DNA of 64,000 nt. It comes from Holophagales bacterium. GTDB lineage: Bacteria > Acidobacteriota > Thermoanaerobaculia > Multivoradales > Multivoraceae. Both the position numbers and the translations under genes were made by a program. The stretch's first letter is position 1. Each line of letters starts with the position of its first letter. The notes under the pieces were generated by a model that did not search any database, was not told the DNA's origin, and saw nothing but the letters and a program-made list of their open reading frames with translations. The stretch spans positions 9,069 to 73,068 of the forward strand of contig VXSP01000003.1 of NCBI GenBank assembly GCA_009837885.1, in the 5' to 3' direction. Shown here piece after piece: positions 39,955 through 47,410 of this stretch.

Positions 39955-40803
39955 CTACTCGTCGGGCACGAGTTCGCGGGCGCGCGCGGCCGCCTCGATG
40001 ATCGCCTTGATCAGCGTCACCCGGAGGCCGCCCTCCTCCAGGCGCAGAATGCCGTCGACGGTGCAACCCGCCGGCGTCGTCACCTCGTCCTTGAGCAGGG
40101 CGGGATGCCGGTCCGTGTCGATCACCATCTTGCCGGCGCCGAGACAGCTCTGGGCCGCGAGTTCGATCGCCATCTTGCGTGGCAGCCCCGCCTTCACGCC
40201 GCCCTCGGCAAGCGCCTCGATCACGATGTACAGGAAGGCCGGACCGGAGGCGGAGAGCCCGGTGATCGCGTCCATGTGCTTCTCGTCGGCGACGACCGTG
40301 CGGCCCAGTGGCCGGAACAGCCGCTCCGCCAGTTCCACGTGTTCGGGCGACGCGAAGCGGCCGGCACAGAGCGCGGTCATCCCGGCGGCGACCCGGCTCG
40401 GCGTGTTCGGCATGGCACGCACGACCGGAACCTCGGCCGGCACGCGATCCTCGATGTAGGAGGTTCGGACCGAAGCGAGAATGGAGACGAGGATCTGGCC
40501 CGGATGGAGCAGGTCGCCGATCTCCGCCAGCACCTCGTCCGCCGTTTGCGGCTTGACCGCCAGCAGCACGATGTCTCCGAACTCGGCGGCGCGGCGGTTG
40601 TCCACCGCGCCCTCGATGCCGAACCTCTCGCTCACGGCCGCGATCCGCTCTTCGTGCCCGGCGGTCGCGAAGATGGACTCCGTAGCGACGGCGCCGGCGT
40701 CCAGCCAGCCGCCGATCAACGTCCGGCCCATCTCGCCCGCGCCGATCACGGCGACGCGGGCTTCGCCGCTTCGGGCAGCGTCCCTGTCGATACTCGCAGT
40801 CAC
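39955..40803 (-). CDS. proC: pyrroline-5-carboxylate reductase
   Basis: VAVIGAGEMG Rossmann motif and C-terminal VTTPAGCTVDGILRLEEGGLR motif, typical of ProC. Confidence 0.9.
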   Translation of the reverse strand: MTASIDRDAARSGEARVAVIGAGEMGRTLIGGWLDAGAVATESIFATAGHEERIAAVSERFGIEGAVDNRRAAEFGDIVLLAVKPQTADEVLAEIGDLLHPGQILVSILASVRTSYIEDRVPAEVPVVRAMPNTPSRVAAGMTALCAGRFASPEHVELAERLFRPLGRTVVADEKHMDAITGLSASGPAFLYIVIEALAEGGVKAGLPRKMAIELAAQSCLGAGKMVIDTDRHPALLKDEVTTPAGCTVDGILRLEEGGLRVTLIKAIIEAAARARELVPDE

Positions 40804-40867
40804 CTTCCCGTCTCCCTCTGAGATGAACCGCGAAGCTGGCGCGCTCGCGGAAGGCGACGATTCTGCC

Positions 40868-41845
40868 CTACTTGCCCCAGTCGGTGCCCGTCTGCCCGCG
40901 CATCAGGCGCAGGAAGAACGCCCTCGCCACGTGGCCGGCGATGCTCGGGTTCTCGCGCAGGCGGCGGGTCGAGTAGGCGTACCACTGACGTCCGTAGGGA
41001 ACGTAGATGCGCACGCGGTGCCCGGCCCTCGCCAGCCGGTCGCGCCGTTCCTCGGTCACCCCCAGCAGCATCTGGAACTCGTAGCGGTCGCCCGCGAGGC
41101 CGCGACGCTCGATCATCGCCGCCGATTGCCGGAGCAGGTAGTCGTCGTGGGTGGCGATGCCGACGTAGGCGCCGCGGTCGAACAGAGCCTCGAGGCAGGC
41201 CAGGAAGTTCCGGCGCACCTTGCCGTAGTCCTGGATCGCCACGCTGGGCGGCTCGACGTAGATGCCCTTGCACAGGCGTACGTTGGCGCGCTCGGGCAGC
41301 GCCGCGATGTCGGCGAGGGTGCGGTGCAGGTAGGCCTGGAGCACGACGCCGACCGCGTCGCCACCGGCGCCGGAACCCGTCGGACCTCCAACCGCGGCGC
41401 GCGTTCGCGAGGCGGCCACGGCCTCCCGGTAGAGGTCCAGGGTGGCCGTCGTGCAGGTGTGGTCCTCCATGTCGATGCGGACGAAGTTGCCGCGGGCCTC
41501 GGCCCGCGTCACCAGCTCGAAGAGGTGATCGCGGCAGAGGGAGCGGGAGACCTTGAGGCCCAGCAGGGTGAGCTTGACGGAGACATTGCAGTCGAGACCG
41601 CGGTCGGCGAGCGCGTCGACGAGGTCCAGGTAGAGCCCCGTTCCCTCGGTAGCGAGTTCCGCGCTGTCGATCTCCTCGCCGAGCAGCGCCAGGGTCCCGG
41701 CAAGCCCGCGGCGGTTGAGCGCGGCGGCGCAGTCGAGGGCGTCCGCCGGCTCGTCGCCGGCCACGTACGGCGCGGCCGCCCAGCGCACCAGCGGCGGCGG
41801 CATCAGCGGCAGGGACCAGCCGACGACCCTGGAGAAGACCGTCAT
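40868..41845 (-). CDS. monofunctional proline dehydrogenase
   Basis: VSVKLTLLG, VRIDMEDH, VVLQAYLHRT, VRLCKGIY, IATHD motifs of the PutA-type PRODH TIM barrel. 325 aa with no P5CDH domain. Confidence 0.85.
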   Translation of the reverse strand: MTVFSRVVGWSLPLMPPPLVRWAAAPYVAGDEPADALDCAAALNRRGLAGTLALLGEEIDSAELATEGTGLYLDLVDALADRGLDCNVSVKLTLLGLKVSRSLCRDHLFELVTRAEARGNFVRIDMEDHTCTTATLDLYREAVAASRTRAAVGGPTGSGAGGDAVGVVLQAYLHRTLADIAALPERANVRLCKGIYVEPPSVAIQDYGKVRRNFLACLEALFDRGAYVGIATHDDYLLRQSAAMIERRGLAGDRYEFQMLLGVTEERRDRLARAGHRVRIYVPYGRQWYAYSTRRLRENPSIAGHVARAFFLRLMRGQTGTDWGK

Positions 41846-41855
41846 GGCGTCTCCA

Positions 41856-42788
41856 TCAAGGGCCGGCGGCCGGAGCGCCGACGTGCTCGTGGGCGTGGTA
41901 GCTGCTGCGTACCAGGGGGCCCGATTCGCAGTGGCTGAAGCCCAGACCGAGAGCGAAACGGCGCAGTCGGGCGAACTCGTCCGGATGCACGTAGCGGTCG
42001 ACCGGCAGGTGGTCGCGGGTCGGCTGCAGGTACTGGCCGATCGTGAGGATCCCGGTTCCCGCCGACCGGATGTCCCGGATCGTCGCTTCGAGCTCGACCG
42101 TCGTCTCGCCCAGGCCGACCATCAGACCCGTCTTCACCTTGCCCTCGTAGCCTCCGCCGTCGCGTCTGGCCGCCGCCTCCGCCAGCAGCGCCAAGCTTCG
42201 CTCGTAGCTGCTGCCGGGACGGGCCTGCCGGTAGAGCCGGGGAACTGTCTCCATGTTGTGAGAGAAGACCTCCGGGCGCTCGGCAAGCACGATGTCGAGC
42301 GCATCCTCCACGCCCCGGAAGTCCGGCGTCAGAACCTCGACCGCGGCCCCGGGAAGCTGCTCCCGAATCGCGCGAATGGTCTCGGCAAAGTGCCCGGCGC
42401 CGCCGTCCGCAAGGTCATCCCGATCCACCGAAGTGACCACCACATGACGCAGGCCCATGGCCGTCGCGGCTTCCGCCACCCGGGCCGGCTCGCCCGCGTC
42501 GACACCGGCAGCGGGCCGGCCCGTGTGGACCGCGCAGAACCCGCAGCGGCGCGTGCAGGTGTCGCCCAGGATCATGAACGTCGCCGTGCCGTGCTCGCCC
42601 CAGCACTCGTAGATGTTCGGACAGCGCGCCTCCTCGCACACCGTGTTCAGGTTCAGACCTTCCATCATCCGGCGAACGCGGTGGTAGGGCTCCGGCGTGC
42701 GTAGCCGGATGCGCAGCCAGTCCGGCCGCGGCAGGCGCGACACGCCGCCGACGGGCGGCGGAGCGCCGATGGGAACGAGTTCGTCCAT
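41856..42788 (-). CDS. lipA: lipoyl synthase
   Basis: CEEARCPNIYECW and radical-SAM CTRRCGFCAV motifs. Confidence 0.95.
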   Translation of the reverse strand: MDELVPIGAPPPVGGVSRLPRPDWLRIRLRTPEPYHRVRRMMEGLNLNTVCEEARCPNIYECWGEHGTATFMILGDTCTRRCGFCAVHTGRPAAGVDAGEPARVAEAATAMGLRHVVVTSVDRDDLADGGAGHFAETIRAIREQLPGAAVEVLTPDFRGVEDALDIVLAERPEVFSHNMETVPRLYRQARPGSSYERSLALLAEAAARRDGGGYEGKVKTGLMVGLGETTVELEATIRDIRSAGTGILTIGQYLQPTRDHLPVDRYVHPDEFARLRRFALGLGFSHCESGPLVRSSYHAHEHVGAPAAGP

Positions 42789-42793
42789 GCGCG

Positions 42794-43561
42794 TTACAAC
42801 TCGGGCGACCGACTCTCAAGCGGCCGCGTATCGTCCCGGATCCTAGCCGCGCGCAACGCCGGCTCGAAGCCGATCCCGGCCGGCTCTACCGGAGTGAGAC
42901 GGCGCTCGAAGACACGCGCGAAGTTCTCCGCGCAGCACCCGGCGACGTCTTGCAGACCAGGCCGGCGACCGGTGAGCTCCTCGATCGAAGTCATCACACC
43001 GGCATCGAAGCCGCAGGAGAGGATGCCGGCGAAGTCGTCAAGGTCGGTGCAGACATTCAGCGCAAAGCCATGCGTGGTGACCCAGCGCCGCAGGTGAATG
43101 CCGATCGAGGCGATCTTCCGGCGACCGACCCACACGCCGATGCGCTCCCGCTCTTCGCCGCCCACTGCGGCGACGCCGAACGTCGCCAACGTGCGGACCA
43201 GGACCTCCTGAAGGTCCCGGACATAGCCGCGGACGTTTCGCCGATCCGCCCTCAGATCGAGGACCGGGTAGCCGACGAGCTGTCCCGGGCCATGGTAGGT
43301 CGCGCGCCCGCCGCGGTCGCACTCGGCGACCGCGATTCTCCGCTGCCGCAGCCAGTCGGGATCCGCCAGGACGTCGCTCCGGTCGCAGTTCCGGCCGACC
43401 GTGTAGGTCGGCGGATGTTCGAGCAGGAGCAAGGTGTCCGAGGCATCGGGTTCGCCGTCCAAAAGCTGCCGCCGGAGCCGGTGCTGCAGCTCGACACCGG
43501 CCTCGTAGCTCACTCGCCCCAGATAGAGGGAGCGGATCGTTGCACCGTTGCCCAGTTCCAT
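42794..43561 (-). CDS. lipB: lipoyl(octanoyl) transferase
   Basis: LLLLEHPPTYTVGR, RGGRATYHGPGQLVGYPVLDL, KIASIGIHLRRWVTTHGFALNV. Confidence 0.9.
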   Translation of the reverse strand: MELGNGATIRSLYLGRVSYEAGVELQHRLRRQLLDGEPDASDTLLLLEHPPTYTVGRNCDRSDVLADPDWLRQRRIAVAECDRGGRATYHGPGQLVGYPVLDLRADRRNVRGYVRDLQEVLVRTLATFGVAAVGGEERERIGVWVGRRKIASIGIHLRRWVTTHGFALNVCTDLDDFAGILSCGFDAGVMTSIEELTGRRPGLQDVAGCCAENFARVFERRLTPVEPAGIGFEPALRAARIRDDTRPLESRSPEL

Positions 43562-43672
43562 CGTCGGTCAGCTCGTTCTGGTCCAGTCCGGCAGCGCGTG
43601 CTCCAACGTCAGTTCCACTGCTTCCATTCCTATCACCGGGGGCGCCACTTCCGCCGTCGGTCTCTCCGGGCC

Positions 43673-43701
43673 TTGACATGTTCTCCACATGAAACTACTG
43701 T
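43673..43701 (+). promoter_or_regulatory. near-consensus sigma70-type promoter for vapB2 (leaderless configuration)
   Basis: TTGACA (43673-43678), 17-nt spacer, TACTGT (43696-43701). The ATG at 43709 lies 7 nt after the -10 hexamer. Direct repeats ACATG at 43676 and 43687. Confidence 0.5.
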
Positions 43702-43708
43702 TCGGATC

Positions 43709-43945
43709 ATGTCCAAGATGCTCCAGATCCGGAACGTCCCCGAAGAGACCCATCGTCTTCTGAAGAGCCGCGCCGCGCTGGAAGGAGTCTCCATGTCCCA
43801 CTTCGTGCTGCGCGAGATCGAGCGGATCGTCCGCCGGCCAAGCCGCCGGGAAGTACTGGACGCCATTCGCAGCGAACCCCCCGTGGCGCTCGACAAGACC
43901 CCGGCTGATGTCGTGAGGGAGGCCAGAGAATCCCGCCGGTGGTGA
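43709..43945 (+). CDS. vapB: VapB-type antitoxin (ribbon-helix-helix/FitA-like)
   Basis: MSKMLQIRNVPEETHRLLKSRAALEGVSMSHFVLREI is a typical RHH antitoxin N-terminus. It overlaps the vapC start. Confidence 0.8.
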   Translation: MSKMLQIRNVPEETHRLLKSRAALEGVSMSHFVLREIERIVRRPSRREVLDAIRSEPPVALDKTPADVVREARESRRW

Positions 43946-44328
43946 TCGACGCGTCCGCGGCCGTCGAGATGCTGTTGGACACCGCGCCCGGCCGCCGCCT
44001 GAGCTCTAGACTCGCGGCCGAGTCGGTCGAGATCCACGTTCCTCACGTCGTGGACCTGGAGATCGCGCACGCGCTTCGGCGCTACGTGCGCCAAGGTGCC
44101 TTCGGCGCCGCCCGGGGAACCCGAGCCCTGCGGCGCTGGCGCCACCTTCGGGCGGAACGCTACGAGCATCGTCGATTCCTGGACCGCATCTGGGCACTCC
44201 GCCACAACGTCTCGGCGTACGACGCGGTGTACGTCGCGCTGGCCGAAGCCCTCTCCACCACCCTGTTGACAGCGGATCGGAGGCTTGCCGGTGCTCCGGG
44301 GCTTGAAAGCCGCATCGAACTGATCTGA
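43939..44328 (+). CDS. vapC: PIN-domain toxin VapC
   Basis: VIDASAAVEMLL...HVVDLEIAHAL...AYDAVYVALAEAL...LLTADRRL has the PIN acidic residues. GTG 43939, or GTG 43942 in a GTGA overlap. Confidence 0.85.
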   Translation: MVIDASAAVEMLLDTAPGRRLSSRLAAESVEIHVPHVVDLEIAHALRRYVRQGAFGAARGTRALRRWRHLRAERYEHRRFLDRIWALRHNVSAYDAVYVALAEALSTTLLTADRRLAGAPGLESRIELI

Positions 44329-44365
44329 ACGAGGCTGCCGGAGAACAGGATCGAGGGCTGAGCGC

Positions 44366-45562
44366 GTGCCGCTGCCAACACGAGAAACACCCGAGCGCCA
44401 GTCCGCCGGCAGCGACCGCAGGAACGACGGCGGGAAGCCCCGAATCGGCCTCGTCCTCACCGGCGGCGGGGCGCGGGCGGCCTACCAGGTCGGGCTGGTC
44501 CGGCACCTGGCGAAGCGGCTTCCGGACTTCCACTTCGACGTACTGACCGGCGTTTCGGCCGGCGCGATCAACGCCTCGTTCCTCGCCTCGCATCCGGGCA
44601 GCGCCGCCGAGGCGACGGAAGAACTCAGCCGGATCTGGCTCGAACTGACGCCCGATCACGTCTTCCGCGACGACGGCTGGTCGCTGGGCAAGATCGTCGT
44701 CCGCTGGCTCCTGAACCTGGCTTCGGGCGGTCTGCGCTACCGGCCCCAGGTCCGCGGCCTCGTCGACGCGTCGCCGCTCGGAGACCATCTGGCGGACGTG
44801 CTGCGCGTCGAACCGGACAACGGCCGCGTACTGCCTGGAATCGCCCGGAACCTGGAGCGCGGCCGGCTCGACGCGGTGGCCGTGACCACCGTCGAGTGGT
44901 CGACGGGGCACACGGTCACCTGGGTCCAGGGACGCGACATCGAGACCTGGGAACGGCCCAAGCGCCGCTCCGAGCGGGCGCGGCTGACCCTCGACCACGT
45001 CCTGGCCTCCGCCTCGCTGCCGTTCATCTTCCCCGCCGTCCGCATCGCCGACGCCTGGCACGGCGACGGCGGCGTCCGCCTTACCTCGCCGCTGTCGCCG
45101 GCCCTGCACCTGGGCTGCGACCGCCTGATCGCCGTCTCGACCCGGCATGAACCGCCGGTCCCGAGAGCCGCTGCCGCCGCCTACCCGCCGCCGGCCCAGT
45201 TCGCCGGCGTGCTGCTGAACGCGGTGTTCCTGGACCAGCTCGACCAGGACGCGAACCGGCTGGAACTCGTCAACAGACTGCTGGCAAGGTTGCCGGAATC
45301 GAAGCGCGGGTTGCTGCGGCTGGTCGATCTCGTGGTGCTCCGACCATCCGAGGACCTCGGCCGGCTGGCCGGCCGGTTCGAGCCCCGGCTGCCCAGGGCG
45401 TTCCGCTTCATGACCCGCGGTCTCGGTACCCGCGACACGGCGAGTCCGGACCTGCTCAGTCTCTTGATGTTCCAGCCCGACTACATCCAAGCGTTGATCG
45501 AGGTGGGCGAGCGGGACGCGGAGGCGCGGCACGGGGAGATCGCGGAGTTGGTTCGCACGTAG
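44366..45562 (+). CDS. patatin-like phospholipase
   Basis: GLVLTGGGARAAYQVG oxyanion motif, GVSAGAINA (GxSxG), and a later HGDGGV (catalytic DG). GTG start. Confidence 0.85.
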   Translation: MPLPTRETPERQSAGSDRRNDGGKPRIGLVLTGGGARAAYQVGLVRHLAKRLPDFHFDVLTGVSAGAINASFLASHPGSAAEATEELSRIWLELTPDHVFRDDGWSLGKIVVRWLLNLASGGLRYRPQVRGLVDASPLGDHLADVLRVEPDNGRVLPGIARNLERGRLDAVAVTTVEWSTGHTVTWVQGRDIETWERPKRRSERARLTLDHVLASASLPFIFPAVRIADAWHGDGGVRLTSPLSPALHLGCDRLIAVSTRHEPPVPRAAAAAYPPPAQFAGVLLNAVFLDQLDQDANRLELVNRLLARLPESKRGLLRLVDLVVLRPSEDLGRLAGRFEPRLPRAFRFMTRGLGTRDTASPDLLSLLMFQPDYIQALIEVGERDAEARHGEIAELVRT

Positions 45563-45689
45563 CAGCGCCGCCAAAGCCGTCGCAGACTCCCCGTTGGGCC
45601 CCTGGCACCGACGTCCAGCCCAGTCGGGTCAGGAGGGGTCGGCGCCCAGGTGCCTCTGAACGAGCGACGGGCGGGTGCGTCCGCCGCGG

Positions 45690-46751
45690 CTACGCGATCG
45701 TGATGTCGTCGCAGAGGTAGACGTCCTGGATGTGGTTCAGGAGTTCGACGCCCTCCGCCATCGGCCGCTGGAACGCCTTGCGGCCGGAGATCAGTCCCTG
45801 GCCGCCGGCGCGGCGGTTGATGACCGCCGTCCGCACGGCGGCCGCGAGGTCGCCGGCGCCGCCGGAGGAACCGCCGGAGTTGATCAGCCCGACCCGGCCC
45901 ATGTAGCAGTTCGCGACCTGCCAGCGCACCAGGTCGACGGGGTGGTCGGACACCAGGTCGCTGTAGACGAGGTCATGGGTCTTGCCGAAGCCGACGGCCG
46001 GATAGCCGCCGTTCTTCGTCGCCTGCTTCTGCTTGACGATGTCCGCCTCGATCGTCACGCCGAGGTGGTTGGCCTGCCCGGTCAGGTCGGCCGAGTCGTG
46101 GTAGTCGACGCCGTCCACGACGAAGGCGCTGTTGCGGAGGTAGCACCAGAGGATGCACGCCATGCCGAGTTCGTGGGCCTGCTGGAAGCACTCGGCGATC
46201 TCGACCAGTTCCTCGCGGCAGACATCGGCGCCGAAGTACACCGTGGCGCCCACCGCGGTGGCGCCCAGATCCCATGCCTGCTCCACCTGCGAGAAGAGGA
46301 CCTGGTGGTAGGTGTGGGGATAGGTCAGGCTCTCGTTGTGGTTGATCTTGACGATGAACGGAATCCGGTGCGCGTAGCGCCGGCCGATGCTGCCGAGCAC
46401 ACCCAGGGTCGACGCGACGCCGTTGCAGCCGCCCTCGATCGCCAGCCGGATGATGTTCTCGGGATCGAAGTAGATCGGGTTCGGCGCGAACGAGGCCGCA
46501 CCGGAGTGCTCGATTCCCTGGTCCACGGGCAGGATCGAGACGTAGCCGGTGCCACCGAGACGGCCGTGCCCGAGGAGCCGTTCCAGGCTCGCCAGGGTGC
46601 GGTTGTTCCGGTCGGAGGGCCCGAACGCCCGGTCGACGATGTCTGGTCCCGGCACCGTCAGGTGGTCCTTCGGGATTCCGGTGCAGACGTGTCCGAGGAG
46701 GCTCTCCGCCTCACTGCCCAGCAGTTCTTCGATGCGCGCGATATCGGCCAT
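45690..46751 (-). CDS. fbaB: class I fructose-bisphosphate aldolase (FbaB/DhnA-type)
   Basis: About 353 aa. [18 protein letters not shown], the conserved Lys-region pattern and the length match FbaB. Confidence 0.85.
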   Translation of the reverse strand: MADIARIEELLGSEAESLLGHVCTGIPKDHLTVPGPDIVDRAFGPSDRNNRTLASLERLLGHGRLGGTGYVSILPVDQGIEHSGAASFAPNPIYFDPENIIRLAIEGGCNGVASTLGVLGSIGRRYAHRIPFIVKINHNESLTYPHTYHQVLFSQVEQAWDLGATAVGATVYFGADVCREELVEIAECFQQAHELGMACILWCYLRNSAFVVDGVDYHDSADLTGQANHLGVTIEADIVKQKQATKNGGYPAVGFGKTHDLVYSDLVSDHPVDLVRWQVANCYMGRVGLINSGGSSGGAGDLAAAVRTAVINRRAGGQGLISGRKAFQRPMAEGVELLNHIQDVYLCDDITIA

Positions 46752-46831
46752 GGTTCTCCCCTGGTTCAGAGATCCTGCGGGTCGGATCGAGCGGATTCTA
46801 GGAGCTTGGGCCGTTGAACGCTACGGGTGAG

Positions 46832-47410
46832 TCAGTTCAGGCTGGCGACCTGCGGCTCCCGGACGCCTTCCGGGCGCTCCAGAAGCTCCAGAAGCTGGAG
46901 CAGCACGTCGAGGGCCGGCCCCCACAACCGATGCCGTCCGAGGTGATAGACGGCAAGCGGCACCTGCTGCCCCTCGATCTCGAAGGTCCGTTCCTCCACC
47001 AGCCGGGGGTGCCGGAGCGCAGAAAGCGGAAGCCGCACGCTCTGCGCCTCCGTGTTGCTGCCATTGTCCTCGGGAGACGGAACCGCGACCACGCATGCCC
47101 GCAGTCGGAAGCCGCCGCTGCCGCCGACTTCGTCCAGCTCGCCGAGCCGGAGTATCCGCGACGGATCGACACCGAGACCGACGCTGCCGAGGCGAGCCAC
47201 GGTCGGCCAGGGATCGTCGCCCTCGAAGGCTGAGGCCGGGAAGCTGAGCGGAGGCGACTCGTTCGGCTCTTCCCGCAGCAGGGTCCAGAGTTCCGCCGAC
47301 TCGACGTACAGAGGCACGACGACCGCGACGCTGGTGCCTTCGCCGCCCTGCGCCGCGGGTAGCCGCTTCGAAGACTCGAGCCGACGCTGAACCTGGAGAA
47401 TCCAGCTCAC
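46832..47410 (-). CDS. Nudix-fold protein resembling CoA pyrophosphatase (NudL-like) with degenerate Nudix box
   Basis: Collinear resemblance to NudL (VAVVVPLY.., LSFPASAFE.., C-terminal RLWGPALDVLLQLL). The Nudix box REAEEE position reads RLGSVG. GTG 47410 is in a GTGA overlap. Confidence 0.55.
   Translation of the reverse strand: MSWILQVQRRLESSKRLPAAQGGEGTSVAVVVPLYVESAELWTLLREEPNESPPLSFPASAFEGDDPWPTVARLGSVGLGVDPSRILRLGELDEVGGSGGFRLRACVVAVPSPEDNGSNTEAQSVRLPLSALRHPRLVEERTFEIEGQQVPLAVYHLGRHRLWGPALDVLLQLLELLERPEGVREPQVASLN

Noticed and set aside
39947-40066. 40-codon N-terminal extension of recN
   Set aside because: The canonical RecN N-terminus (MLRSLHVRNL...) starts at ATG 39946. The extension overlaps the proC 3' end.
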